DNA from: Azolla caroliniana
Taxonomy: Eukaryota > Plantae > Polypodiophyta
Direction of reading: 5' to 3'
DNA length: 64,000 bases
Assembly: GCA_043228905.1 (NCBI GenBank)
Contig: JBHGNT010000005.1
Location: 2,046,001 to 2,110,000 of the forward strand
Position numbers and translations under genes: made by a program
In this document: in pieces, positions 36,102-47,834 of the stretch
Layout: every line of letters begins with the position of its first letter
How positions within the stretch are numbered: the stretch's first letter is position 1
The notes under the pieces: generated by a model
Told to the model about the DNA's origin: nothing
The model's database searches: none
Seen by the model: the letters and a program-made list of their open reading frames with translations, nothing else

Positions 36102-36364
36102 GAAGAGGTCGTTGCCTCTGTGTATTACCGCCGCCTGTGGCGAAGACAGTGAGCTCAAGGTTGTTGCCTTGTAGCTTCACCATTGTACATCTCTGTTTGT
36201 AGTGATAGTTGGAGTTTGAGGACTCCCGTGGTTTTTCCTATTTAGGGTTTTCCACGTAAAACATCCAGTGTACTCTTCTCTCTATTGACTTCGTGCATTT
36301 TGTATTTCCTGTTTTCTGTGAGTTAATCATATTCCTCGGTTGTGGCCGAGCACTGTGCTCAACA
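30952..36364 (+). mobile_element. Young full-length Ty1/copia element (family A) nested in the integrase gene of element B
   Basis: LTRs 30952-31615 and 35731-36364, TSD ATTAG (30947-30951 / 36365-36369), PBS TGGTATCAGAGC 31619-31630, PPT AAGGGGGAG; the host integrase reads ...KVWAYPI|RTKDRVF... across the insertion. Confidence 0.97.
31647..35720 (+). CDS. Copia gag-pol polyprotein (gag-PR-IN-RT-RNase H), single open frame of ~1357 aa
   Basis: Knuckle CFHCGKPGHFRKNC, WVVDSGASFH, WHKRLCH, FIDDHSR/RADNGGEY/NGLAERMNRT, YKARIVVKGF/LYVDDML, TDSD...TTEAEY...CDSQSA...ENGSDMLTK. The first ATG after the PBS is at 31647. Confidence 0.95.
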   Translation: MEGGSSGQPGMMVLNAQNYADWKIKMEDLLIVRDLYEPIDRSEIPKGVLETEWRLLNRKAVATIRQYVDVSVLQHVANDTNAYEMWRKLSGLYERKNALNRTSLMRKIVNLKYRDGESMVEHVSTFMGFVNQLATIKFPLEDAMQAIILMCTLPESWENLVVTLSTSCTEDNLSLQTVKTSILNEEARRRDKEPASDSKALLTESEQGRQRNRSPQRREKSGTRSQSRGRPTCFHCGKPGHFRKNCRHYRKDNGADDTDSKKSPERNGAYRGATDRRGPDRRGQDRKGTTALAASEEEIMLITEERELNLAGEEMTWVVDSGASFHLTPEKKYFSSYTAGEHGCVRMGNEGTCRIAGIGDVWLMTSTGCKMLLKDVRHVPEVRLNLVSAGRLDDEGYTGSIRNGVMKFSKGSLIVARARKINTLYLMNSRLCPEELNVAADTAGELWHKRLCHMSEKGMKRLAEDNLIPVKHVHLGKCTDFLAGKQNRTTFHSRPPTRRSAPLELVHTDVCQVETKSHGGAQYFVTFIDDHSRKLWTAPLKTKDQVLSVFKELHARVERESGKKLKAIRADNGGEYRGQFAEYCRSKGIRLEFTVPKTPELNGLAERMNRTIMERVRSMLAHAKLPKGFWAEAMSTATYVINRSPSVPLDGDTPQRVWTGREVSYRHLKVFGCLAYVHVAKDRRGKLDPKTRPCIFLGYGDDEFGYRVWDPVDKKIFRSRDIIFMEDKTLADWESEKKMKSSKSTGEDQLYEEQSRPARDRLALEDPAEDGEETEPAEEDETDTGTGPDPEMDSDEEETEEPVTEAPERRYPLRERRAPWRFPEPEHVLLTDEGEPESFEEARLDTHSRRWLSAMQEEMDSLHENHTYELVELPKGKRALRNKWVFKLKPGDAGNPPRYKARIVVKGFQQKKGVDFDEIFAPVVKMTSIRTVLSIAASMDLEVEQMDVKTAFLHGDLKEEIYMQQPERFEKKGKEHLVCRLKKSLYGLKQAPRQWYRKFDSFMTDEGYHKTQSDHCVFVKKFEGGDFLILLLYVDDMLIVGRDQVKIRMLKKALHRTFSMKDLGPARQILGMHIIRDRKKKQSWLSQEKYVTKVLHRFNMSEARPVGSTLPTNCKLSSKQSPKTKAEKEDMMKVPYASAVGSLMYAMVCTRPDIGYAVGVVSRYMSNPGKEHWNAAKWILRYLKGTANVCLRFGSGKPELDGFTDSDMSADADTSRSTSGYVMTYAGGAVSWQSRLQKTVALSTTEAEYMAAVEAGKEMIWMKDFIRELGIRQEEYRLYCDSQSAIHLAKNAAYHSRTKHIQRRYHWIRERIEDQEFVLTKIHTDENGSDMLTKVLTPDKLEACRKKVGLERHPMPK

Positions 36365-38933
36365 ATTAGAACCAAAGATCGAGTGTTCTCGATCTTCTCC
36401 AAATGGCTTGCAATGGTCGAAAATCAGACCGGTCGGAAACTGAAATGTCTCTGAACCGACAACGGAGGAGAATTCAAGTCTGTAGAATTCATCAAATTTT
36501 GCCGGGAACACAACATTCAACGTGAATATACGGCACCCTATAGTCCGAAGTAGAACGGAATTGCTGAACGCATGAATCAGACGATTCAAGAACACATAGT
36601 ATCCATGCTCCAACACTCCGGACTGACGGATGCCTTCTAGGCGGAGGCTCTACTTACGGCAGTACACATAATAAATATGTCGCCAAGTAGACCTCTAGGA
36701 CTTAAAATACCTCAGGAAACATGGACCGGCAGTAAGCTGAATTATGACAAGCTGAGGATCTTCGGTTGCGAGGCGTATGCCCTCATACCGAAAGACGACC
36801 GCCGGAAACTCAAACCAAGATCAAGGAAATGCGTTTTCCTTGGATATGGACCCGACGACAAGATCGGATACCGACTCTGGGACCCCGAGCACAGACAAAT
36901 CGTCTGAAGTTCAGATGTCGTGTTCAACGAGTCGGCTATGCATAAAACGGCTGAAAGGCCTATTGAAGGCCTATTTTCCGAAGTGTCAACCCTTCATGAA
37001 GGCCCAACCCACAACACGAGATTGGTTTCATGGGTAACCGACACCTCTCGTCCTGAATCCACCGATTCAGCACAACCGAATGGCTCGGCTTCCGACCATC
37101 CGACACCTATACCCGGTGCGACCAGTCCAATCATACCTCGAAGATCCGAGAGACTGTCGCAACCTCCGGAAAGGTACTCTCCGGGAATTTTCTTTACCGC
37201 ACCGGCGAACCGACGTCTTACAAAGAAGCATCGGCATCTGCCGACTCAGCCACCTAGCATCTGGTGATGGAGTCAGAAATGCACTCCATTCGCGCAAACA
37301 AGACTTGGAACTTGGTCGAATTACCGATGAATCGACGTGCTCTTCCATGTAAGTGGGTCTATCGACTAAAAGAGACGTCTGACTCGACCAACCCAAAGTA
37401 CAAGGCCAGATTAGTTGCGAAGGGATTTCGACAAGAATATGGTGTCGACTTCGACGAAAGCTTTTCACCAGTGGTGAAAATGACAACCCTTCGTGTCATG
37501 CTCGGCGTCGTGGCCGCCGACAACTTGGAGCTGATTCAGTTAGATGTAAATACGGCATTCCTCCACGATGACCTACAGGAGGAAATCTATATGGAGCAGC
37601 CGAAAGGCTTTGTGGCATCCGGCCAAGAACATCTAGTCTACCGACTCAAGAAGAGTTTATACGACCTGAAACAGGCACCCCGATAGTGGTACAAGAAGTT
37701 CGACGACTTCATCCAGTCGGTCGGCTTCTCCAAGAGCGATGAGGACCACTACCTCTTCACCAAAACAGCTCAAGACGAGTCTCCCGTCTTCCTCATCATT
37801 TACGTGGACCACATGCTACTCTCCGGCCAACATGCCAGAGAGCTCACCGAACTCGTTCGGAAATAGCGGTTCAAGTTTGTCATGAAGGACCTCAGGCTAG
37901 CAAGACACATACTTGGTATGAAGATTAGTCGGACGTGTCCTGGAACGCTTCAACATGCACTCGGCCAAATCTACTTCGACCCCGCTCCCCATTAACCTTC
38001 GGTTGTCTCAGCGAGACTGCCCGACATCCGGTCCGGAGGGGGAAGATATGAAGTTGGTACCGTATGCACCAACAGTCATCTCCCTTATGTACGTGATGGT
38101 CGCGACACGGCCTGATATTTCTCACGCCGTAGGAGTCGTCAACATATTCATCACAACCCAGGCGGATCGCACTGGAACGCAGTCAAGCATGTGTTCAGAT
38201 ATCTAGCTGGCACAAAAGACTACGGCATTCTTTTTGGCCCGAACTCAACCTCAGGCGTAGTCGGTTACACTAACTCGAACTTCATCGGCTGCGTGGACAG
38301 TCAGAAATCAACAACCGGATATTGCTTCAAATTCGGCAATGGAGCAATCTCGTGGAAGTCAAAACTCCAGGAGTGCACAACCACCTCAACGACCGAAGCA
38401 GAATATGTAGCCGCATCAAACGCGGCAAAAGAAGCTTTATGGCTCGATCGGCTGGCGCACACGTTTCAACAGGTCGACTCCGACTCGGCTCCAATCGTCT
38501 ACAGTGACAGTCAAGGTGTTGTTGCTTTGTCAAAGAATGTGGTTCACCACAACGCCTCCAAGAATATCGACGTTCGATATCACTTCGTTCGGGACTGCGT
38601 CATTTCAGGTAAAATCGGTCTCGAGAAAATATCCACAACCGATAATGTCGCAGATGGAATGACCAAGTGTCTTTCGGCAGATCATTTCCGGTCCCTTCGG
38701 CACCAGATGGGCGTAACGAAAAATTGATCCGGTTAAAGTCGGACACACAACACAGGATGGTTTCAGACCACCAACATCGGTTCTTTGAGGATCGGCTTCA
38801 GCTCTTCCGACCCGACCGGTTCGGTCTTCTATCTTCAGATCTTGCCGACTCTAACAAAACCGATTTGTCTGATAAACCTTGTATATACCTATAAATTTTT
38901 AGATAACCCATGTATACGCCCATTACGGGGGAG

Positions 38934-39135
38934 TGTCGAATACGAGTGTATAATGGCCATATTCACACAGTTCCTTTGGACAACCCAAGTTTGGGCTATT
39001 TCTGTAAATAGCATAAAGGGCAGTTGCCCTAAGATAGTCACTATATAAAGTGACTTTGTAACCTTTAGTTAAGGTTGTTGTTGGTTGTCATTCTTTTGTA
39101 ACTGTTGCTATTGGAATATAACATTTGTTTTGTGC

Positions 39136-39201
<66 letters not shown>

Positions 39202-39284
39202 CTATCTTGCTTATGCGCATACACAGGTTCTTCTTCATCACGAATGTTGCTTGCACTTCCGCATTGACAGCCTTGTCCCCAACA
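38934..39284 (+). repeat. 3' LTR, copia family B
   Basis: Direct repeat of 28330-28667, preceded by a PPT. Confidence 0.93.
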
Positions 39285-40039
39285 ATTTCGATGTATCATT
39301 AACTGTTTTCACACGTTGGAGATTGATAGTATGGTCCCCGATTCTATCCCCCTTTTTTGGGTGGTATTCTAGTTTGTCGTATCAAAGGTGTTATTGGCAA
39401 AAGTTGAGAGTTGTTTTCATGGATTATAATTAGCCTTATCTTGCCAAATGTCATCGCTTATAGTTGGTCCTTTCTTTAATGATATATACTTGTGGAGTGG
39501 AAACTATTATGTACTATTTGTATATTGCCTTTGGCATTGTTAATTTTAATACCAATGGAGCATATTTTTTATGGAAAAAAAAACAAGGTTAAATTTGGGT
39601 TAACGGTATATCTCATGATCAGCTCTTATTTCCAATTTGTGATTGGCAAGCTTACATTATTTTTTAAGTACGCTTTGATGGCCTTCTTTTAAGCCAATTG
39701 ATTAAAAATGGGCCATCAAGATTCCCATTTTGATATTTGAGTAACTAGTAATATTTTGTAAATCCTCTCTGAATTGGGATGCCAACGTCCTTATGTTCCA
39801 TATCATGGAACAAGGTACCAAACAATGGTGTCAACCTTAACTTGGATTAGTCTAAAATTGTGAGTTTTCTTGGCATATCTTCATACAAGTCCACATCATC
39901 AACTTTAAGATAGGATGACATGATACAGTTGAGTAAATGTGAGCCTTGTCATGCCCCATCTCATCCACAAAACAGACTGACCATAATCTCATTAGATATT
40001 TGTTACACATATTAGCAAGCTACTGACATCTTAAGGCTT

Positions 40040-43000
40040 CATGAGTTTGCATAACACAAGAGCAAAAGTTTCACAGTCTCACTATATATTTTCAATTCAA
40101 GGATTAGCTCTTGCATTAAAACTCGGAATATGTCATCTACCACTTCTACGACTATTGTACAAACTTCATAAGAGAAATCTTCCCATTTGCCAATGCATGT
40201 GGTTATTGATTTCAAAATCATCCCATGTAGATTCATTCTGAAATCCATACATCTCCAACTTTCGATTTTGCGGACCGCATTTCTCACGACAATGACAAAG
40301 GGCTTTTGTGGAAATAAGGTTAACGCCTCTACAACACAATCCAAAATCAATTTCCTCGTTATGTTTTGCAACTTCGGAACGACAAAAATCCTTATGAGAA
40401 AAATCCATATTAGTCTTCCATTCCCAATCATGCTCCACAAGCTCTTCAAGCTCATTGAACAGAGAAAAATCAATCCGTGGACCTCCCAAAAGTTGCCTAG
40501 AAGCTGGATAAATATTCAAGGGGGATACCTTTGCATTGTCCAAAATACACTTCTCGCGGTCTTCATCACTTGAAATGACGACTTTAGTCGTCTCATTGAT
40601 GACATTTTTACCATAGATTTCCTTTGCAATTATGGTCATGCACCAGGAACTTCTACATCTATTATCTCCTGTATTTGAAACAATATTGGCAGTTATGGCA
40701 TCATCAAAACAGCTTCCAAACATGGAGATAAGCATTATTGGTGTGGTGACATGCTAGAATGGTTCCAAGTTCCAACCACATGGTATACATATAAACGCAC
40801 TATCCCCATTCCAAATATAGCCTGAATTCTCTACATTTGGAATGACAAAAGTGGAAAAGTATAGAGTGATCAGAACGGATAATGAAATGATGTGAACTAG
40901 CCCCACAATGCCTCTTTGTAGTAAGATGACCCACTAAAAGGCCACTCATAAAAGATTGATCATCATGATGTGTGACAGGGCAGCTCAAGACCTCTTCACA
41001 TAAGTTAAAAGATTGAGATCAGCAGACATGCATGCAAAGATATGGCAGAATGTATCCCTCTTATATGGATGCACAGCTCTCTCATGCGCATCTAGTGCGA
41101 TAGGGCAGCTCAAGACCTCTTCACCTAGTGCGTTAGAGATTGAGATCAGCAGATATGCACACAAAGCTAGAGAATTCTGACACAAAGACTGTACTTGGCC
41201 TTAATGGATATAAGTTTCAATACATATATCACATAAAAATGATTAAGTTGTCTAAGTGGTGATGACATTTGTGTAACAATGCTAGAGAATTCTGACACAA
41301 AGACTGTACTTGGCCTTAATGGACATAAGTTTCAATACATATATCACATAAAAATGATAAGTTGTCTAAGTGGTGAGGACATTTCTGTAACAATGCTAGA
41401 GAATTCTGACACAAAGAATGTACTTGACCTTAATGGACATAAGTTTCGATACATATAAGTATATCACATAAAAATGATTAAGTTGTCTAAGTGGTGAGGA
41501 CGTTTCTGTAACAATGCTAGAGAATTCTGACACAAAGAATGTACTTGACCTTAATGGACATAAGTTTCGATACTTATAAGTATATCACATAAAAACAATT
41601 AAGTTGTCTAAGTTGGTAAGGATATTTGTGAGTAGATGTAATCCTTGAACATGGACAAAACACAAAATAGAGAAATAACATGAAGACATCAATAAGCTGT
41701 CTAATTGGTAAGGATATTTGTGAGTAGATGTAATCCTTGAACATGAACAAAACACAAAATAGAGAAATAACATGAGGACATCAATATGCATATTACCTCA
41801 ATTCTATCATGTAATAAGCTGAAGGGGATATCAGAGGCAACTCCATCTATGCAATTCAATCTTTTCTTTTAATCTCAGTATTTCTGCAACCATTGTATTC
41901 CAAAGATGGCTCTACATTCGGTAAATTCATTATTGTTCAACTCTTTTTTGAAGTGTAAAACATTTTCCAAGATGGATTTAAAGCCGTTTGTAACTCCCGG
42001 AGAATCGTAGAAGCCGATTCATCCAAAGATGTTGTTTCTGATAAAAGCGCCTTCTTCTTGGATGGAAAAATATCATCCAAAGATGTTGTTTCTGAGAGGC
42101 TTTCATCAGTGAGCTCATATTAGCTTATCTCAACCACATTGTCTACATTACATGTCCTCTCATCCATGGAAATTTCAGGTTTCACACTCTCTTCAAAAAT
42201 GGTGATGCATTGTTAGCCTTGCACTCTCTTTTTCATCACATCCTCTTTTGTTTCCAGACACTGTAGTTGATCATATCACTTTCTGATCATGTTTTAACTC
42301 TGTGCAACACTTGTCTCCATATATGTACAACAATACCATCATTCTTAACACCTTTCTGGTTAGGTATGATTGAATTTCCAGTGCTATTTTTTCTGCCATC
42401 CATCCTAATTCCGGAAGAATTTTCTTTCCCGTGATCCTCCCCGAGGATTAGACCCATGTTTCAAATTTCACAATTTCTTGATTCTTTCCCATTATCCTTT
42501 TATGAGAAGCTAACATGCTTACTTCACAATTTCTTGATTCTTTCCCATTATCCCTTTATGAGATGTTAACATGCTTGGTGACAAAGGTTTGACAGCCGAG
42601 GACATATTCATTCTTCGAAGTTCAACCTCAGCCTTAGAATTGATCAACTCTTTTGTTTTCCTTGTGTTGTAGATTGTTGGCTGTACTATTGATGCAGCTT
42701 TTTCTATTGTTACTGTTAAATCAAGAACTTTGAATCAGTGAAGAAATCGAGGCATCGAAGGCTATGCGTTTGTGAATTCTCAATAGCTTTTTCGGAAGAA
42801 TTAGGGACCTTTTTCTCTACTTTGGCCTTCTTTTGTTTCAAACTTCGGTCTGGGGAAAGATTTTGCACTGTGTCGGCCTTCTTCTTGTCTTCCTTTTTTC
42901 CCTTCAGCAAGACATATTACAATCCTTTTTTAAAGCCTTTTCCATTCTACATGCTCTAAAGTTGTTTGAATCTGGGGTTTGAATCTGGAAAGTGGGCTTT

Positions 43001-43420
43001 TCTTGATGGGTGAAATCATCATGTTGTGAATCTTTGAAGGTGATAAAACAGATGGGGATGACAGATTTTATTTTGCTTATCTCCATATGGATATGTTATA
43101 TCAATATGTATTGATCTATAATCACCATCATTCTTTGCAGTTCCGAGGAACTTATTATTCGCCGCGGAATCTTCTTCTTCATTGATATCAACCTGAGATT
43201 TGCATAAAGAGGCCCTGGATTGAAGATGATAAGGTCTTTCTTCACTATTCTTGATCAAATTAGGTTTCTGAAGAAGTTTCAAGACCCATGAGCTCAGCCA
43301 TCACATTTGAGATCCTCTTTCTCCCCTGCATATTTTTCATCTCAGAAGTTTCTGGTGCTTTAGCCTGATTATGATGAAGGAACTCATCATGGTCATCTCC
43401 ATCATCAATCTATATCATCA
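40040..43420 (-). pseudogene. TRM/LONGIFOLIA-like (VARLMGL motif and DUF4378) pseudogene
   Basis: NVMAELMGLET (~43280-43310) resembles the VARLMGL motif; a frameshifted SPxSxLE..FDD-like motif lies at ~40700-40740; C-terminal RKLILDCVVEAL...GKWEDFSYEVCTIVVEVVDDIFRVLMQELILEL is DUF4378-like. Many stops and frameshifts; limits approximate. Confidence 0.6.
41166..41790. repeat. Compound minisatellite: four ~115-121 bp units followed by two ~93 bp units
   Basis: GCTAGAGAATTCTGACACAAAG at ~41166, 41281, 41395 and 41516; AAG(T/C)TGTCTAA(G)TTGGTAAGGATATTTGTGAG at ~41601 and 41694. Confidence 0.88.
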
Positions 43421-43619
43421 GGATTCAGGATGCAAAAATAGATGGGAAAAAATCCATGGAAAACAGAACACCTTACAATAACCCTAGAGGTAAATATTGG
43501 TTTGAACAGAGAAATACTCTAAGAAGCTTTTCTTGACACATTAATTCCTCTTTGTCAATCATGGATCTTTCTGCAACAAACCATTGCAACTTGCTGACCG
43601 TAGCTCCTGTAACAACAAC

Positions 43620-44340
43620 AAAAAAATAAACCTAACTCTTAAGACTATTTGAACTTAGTGAGGATTCAAAAGGGCTTAATATCATAAACCCTAAAATCAT
43701 TTAAATTTCAAGAGTTTTTGAACCCCTATACCCTGAACCCTCGAGCCATTTGAATAATTAGAGGACTTGATAAGATTTGAATCCTGAACCCTGAAACCAC
43801 TTGAATGATGGAGGATTTTAAAAGATTTCACTCATAAATCCAAAACTCAATTTTCTAAAACCATTTCAAATTTGCGAAGCTGTCATAGGATTTAGACCTT
43901 AACGGCATTTGGACGTTGAGGATGTGTGTAGTCTTTGTGAATTGCACCATAAACCCCATCGGATTTTTCAGATTATTTCACATTATTTAAACCTTGAAGC
44001 AATATAGTGTTTGAACCCAATATCAAAACTGTGGCTACACCCTAACTGAAATCTGATTTTGAAAGGATTGGAACCCTAACCTATTTGAATGTTGACAGAA
44101 ATTCTTAGGATGTGAACCTTGAACCCCCAATCTAAAAGTATTTGAATTTTGATTGGTGAAAGCATCTCGTAGGCTTTAACGTCTAAACCTAATTCAAATT
44201 TGAGAGAATTTATAGCATTAGAAACCATAATCGGATTTGAGACCTACCGCTGAAAATTGTAACATTTGATAGGATTTGAAACCTAAATTCTAGAAACCAT
44301 TACGGAAATTTGATAGGATTTTTTGAATTTAAGGTCTTAA
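43620..44340 (+). repeat. Region enriched in degenerate telomere-like motifs (AAACCCTA/GAACCCTG variants)
   Basis: More than ten strand-biased (A/G)AACCC(T/C)(A/G)A-like words interspersed with GATTT/ATTTGA spacers. Confidence 0.45.
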
Positions 44341-45441
44341 ACTGGAATGGAGCTGGTTGCGGAAGAGAGCAAGTTGTGTGCGAATCGGATCAGGCACCCA
44401 ATCAATAATCTGAAAGGAACATGAGCTATGGTGAAAATGGGCTTTTCTCTTTGTGTGGACTTTCCGTCAGTTTTTGACAGTTGAGCCGATGAGCCATGGC
44501 ATGATCTTTTGAGCATCTCTCTATGGCAGCTCTGGCATGATTTCATGAAACGTGAAATGGGTAGATCATCCCATTTCACACCTGTCCGGACAACAATGAC
44601 TCCACGACATGGGACTCGTCGGCTGGCTTCGGTCTCCAACACAATGGCCAACATCGCCTACACATAGATCTTCCATTCCCCGATCCAAAAAAGATGGGCG
44701 TCTATTTCCGGCTCCCCATTCGAATGTTTGTCTACCTCCCCGATTCAAAAAAGATGGGGCTCTATTATCGATTTGTGGACGCTTCAAAATATCATAAGTA
44801 TTGTTTGGTATATTGGTACATTTCTGATTCATGCGTAATTCTCGACACCATACTTGTTAAACCAATACCATGCTGACTTTCATTTGTATTGTTCTCACCA
44901 AACTAAAGTTTGGACGTGAATCCATGTCTCTGGATATCGAGGTTACTCACGCCCCTTCTTTATTGTGAGCATATATATCAAGGAAATGTTTTGAAATTGT
45001 GCTTTAGCATGTAAAGCATTGTTCGTTTTTTACTCCATTATATTGCCATGAAAGACTTGATTCTATCGGCTTTTCTAGCCCTCTCCAATAAGAGGGGGAC
45101 GATGCCAGTGACATTCTTGATAGACATGAATGAGCACCGATTTCTAGATTTCTTTCTTGAAATTGAGAAAAAAAAACCATGCATCAACTACATAACTACC
45201 CTTGTCTGAAACGAAAAAGAATATTTTGTGTTCATTTTCCAAGGATATAAACAAGTATAGAATGGACAACGGATCAACATGTGCATGGAATGCATTTAAA
45301 AAGTCCATTATTATGTTTTGAGTCTAAAACATTATCGTCCTAGTTTACACGTTTTCCCATTGAAATAAGAAACAAAAGAATTAAACATACAACTTCGGCC
45401 AAGAATGAAAGGCATTCGAAAACTAACCAAGCTCTATAATA

Positions 45442-45477
<36 letters not shown>

Positions 45478-45927
45478 TGTATATATATGAGCCTCCACAT
45501 GCCAATCCACGAGTATTTTATCATTAGGAAACAGACATTTTTGCATCTTATTAAATTAGTTTAGGACATCCATTTTCCCCATGTAGTATTGTTGAAATGC
45601 AATTTCTATTGACAATGCAAAATGTACATTGATTTCATCATGTGCTCGATCTTCTAGTCCTTGTATTAGAATTCAATTTTTAGAAAAATCCAAGACACAT
45701 AGGCATGCTATTAGAGTATTTAAAATACGGATCATTTATTTTAGATGATGGGCAGAACATATCTACATGCCGCAAGTTACAAAACACGAGTATTGAAAAT
45801 AGCCTCTTATTATTTAAAAGTTCATACGTCATTTATCAAACATTTCTATTGAATATTTTGATATAAAGAGGGGAGTACCAACCCAAATTCATAAAAAAAA
45901 CATTCTATCATGTAGTTTTATCCACGT

Positions 45928-46068
45928 GATTGATCTGTATTTGTGTTTCCAGTGGCAATATTTAAAAGTTTGGGCAATCCAAAGAATCATTGTCTTACGA
46001 TTGATCTGTATTTGTGTTTCCAATGGCAAGATTGAAAAGTTTGGGCAATCCAAGGAATCATTGTCTTA
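45928..46068. repeat. Tandem duplication, 2 x 71 bp
   Basis: GATTGATCTGTATTTGTGTTTCCA...GAATCATTGTCTTA starts at 45928 and 45999. Confidence 0.85.
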
Positions 46069-47834
46069 AAGATAGTAGGTGAACTAATGAAATGTAGAAA
46101 GTGTAATTTATAACATACATTTCCACACACATTCAGAACATGTTGCATAAACAACATAGTAAAATGTTCATGTATGCAACTTTTTAGTAAAGCTATTGTT
46201 TAAAATAACATGTTAAATTTTAGACCTACTAGAATACCCACAATATGAAAGTAAAACAATTATATTTGGTATGAAACACAACTCATGTGAGCTCATACAT
46301 GTGCGGTTGTGCCATCATGAACATAAACACTTTGCATTGGCTGATGATACCCAATATTGACGCTACATAAACAAGAATACGCGTAAAAGTTAAAATAAAC
46401 AAATTAAATATTTTGGCCTTTATATCAAAATATCCAACAAGGAATTACAATTTTCACATGGTATGCATTTTGAAAAGATCTATCATAACCTTGATGGTAC
46501 GTTTCACACCTTGTTCATATGAACTTTATCTCATAGATGTTTGTTTTGGAGGGGAAACCCCATCACTCTCATTAAGTTTTGTTTTATTGAATTCTATTTC
46601 CATTAACATGCATTCCATTAAACCTTGGCCTACACTTTGCAAAGCATTTCTCGATCAAATTTATACATACATCACATCATCTTCACCAACTACCACACAA
46701 TAGAGTTCATTTTGTTTTCACTCGAGAAAACAATTGACACTCCCGTAATGCCCTATTGAAATCATATGAGCTTAAAGCCATATACATTTGCGTTTATCTC
46801 TTACCCACAATTCACTCCATCACCGATCTTTATAAGTCACTAATCTTGTGTTATAAATTTTTATGATGGTATTATGTATATGGTCACTCAATATTTCAAA
46901 AGAATGCGAGCACAAACATCACATATGCGATGGGGGCATCATTCAATCTAGTAAAGAAAAATAAATACCATCAATTAATCACCACTATGTTTAACAAATT
47001 GATCAAGTGGCTAGAAAAAAGATAATGCTCAAAACACAGTAATGCAAATGCAATCAGCTTTCACTCAAAATATTTGCAAATTGAAAATGATACAATTGTA
47101 GCACAATTCTGAAATAAGGGGAGTGAAGGAGCATTCAAGTATAAGAACAGCAATAGACTTCCCAAAGTTGCATGTTTTAGTGTTTAGGGTTCATCGATGA
47201 AGGATGATCAAACATAGCATGTAGATTAATGCAAGTGATACATTTCGGAGTGTGATACCATTGATATGTGGTGTAACAAATATGTGTGAATTTTAGGGAA
47301 AGTAATATAAGGGGATGTAAGGTGTAACAAATACATGTGAATGTTAAGAAATGAGCCCAAGAACTTTCATAGATTTGTATCGGTTAGCACAAGCGTAAGT
47401 TATTTACAATATTGATTTCAATTGCTTCTTTTTGCACAAGTGGAAGTTAGGACTCATTGTTTCATACAATGCTCGATAGCCTGTTACATTCAGAGTTATG
47501 TTTCTGAAACCCGGCAAGTTTTATCATGCTATTCTTTGATGCCAAGACAGTGGGTGGGTTGCACAATTCATACAACTAAACCCAAAATAAGAGATGATGA
47601 GGTATCGGGGATTGTGTTAATAATTGATTGGAATATACGCAATGCTTTTCATATTTGATGGCAGGCATGGAGTGAAAAGCATATCTACGAAAGTTGAAGG
47701 TATGAGCGACAAATTTCTTTTAGTGGAGCAAATACAAATTCTTTCCCCGGTAGAGTGTTCATCTACCCATCTAGTGGTGACCATACTCTATTGCGATGCC
47801 CATTGTATGTATCTAGTAATCTTAAATTAAGAGG

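Larger units (their letters stand above)
28330..39284 (+). mobile_element. Full-length but decayed Ty1/copia element (family B) hosting a nested family A element
   Basis: LTRs 28330-28667 and 38934-39284 (TG...CA), TSD ATTTC (28325-28329 / 39285-39289), PBS TGGTATCAGAG 28670-28680, PPT ACGGGGGAG. gag starts at ATG 29351; PR WLLDSSASYH, IN, RT YKARLVAKGF, RH TTEAEYVAA...IDVRYHFVR; several in-frame stops. Confidence 0.95.
27900..39430 (+). pseudogene. Degraded PPR (PLS-type) gene fragment split by the copia B insertion (pieces ~27900-28329 and 39285-~39430)
   Basis: EDVFQTIHTTDMVSWNVMLMELIEHGY before the insertion and FDVSLTVF...EIDSMVPDSIPFL after it join into a plant PPR motif (VF..M...DVVSWN.MI...HG...AL..F..M...G..PD..TF); frameshifted. 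Confidence 0.6.

Noticed and set aside
40640-40740. MLISMFGSCFDDA...SSW as a second PPR motif
   Set aside because: Context between VARLMGL-like and DUF4378-like motifs fits a frameshifted TRM SPxSVLE motif better.
41166-41790. 115-121 bp repeats as a CRISPR-like array
   Set aside because: Whole units are repeated with no variable spacers; this is an ordinary minisatellite.
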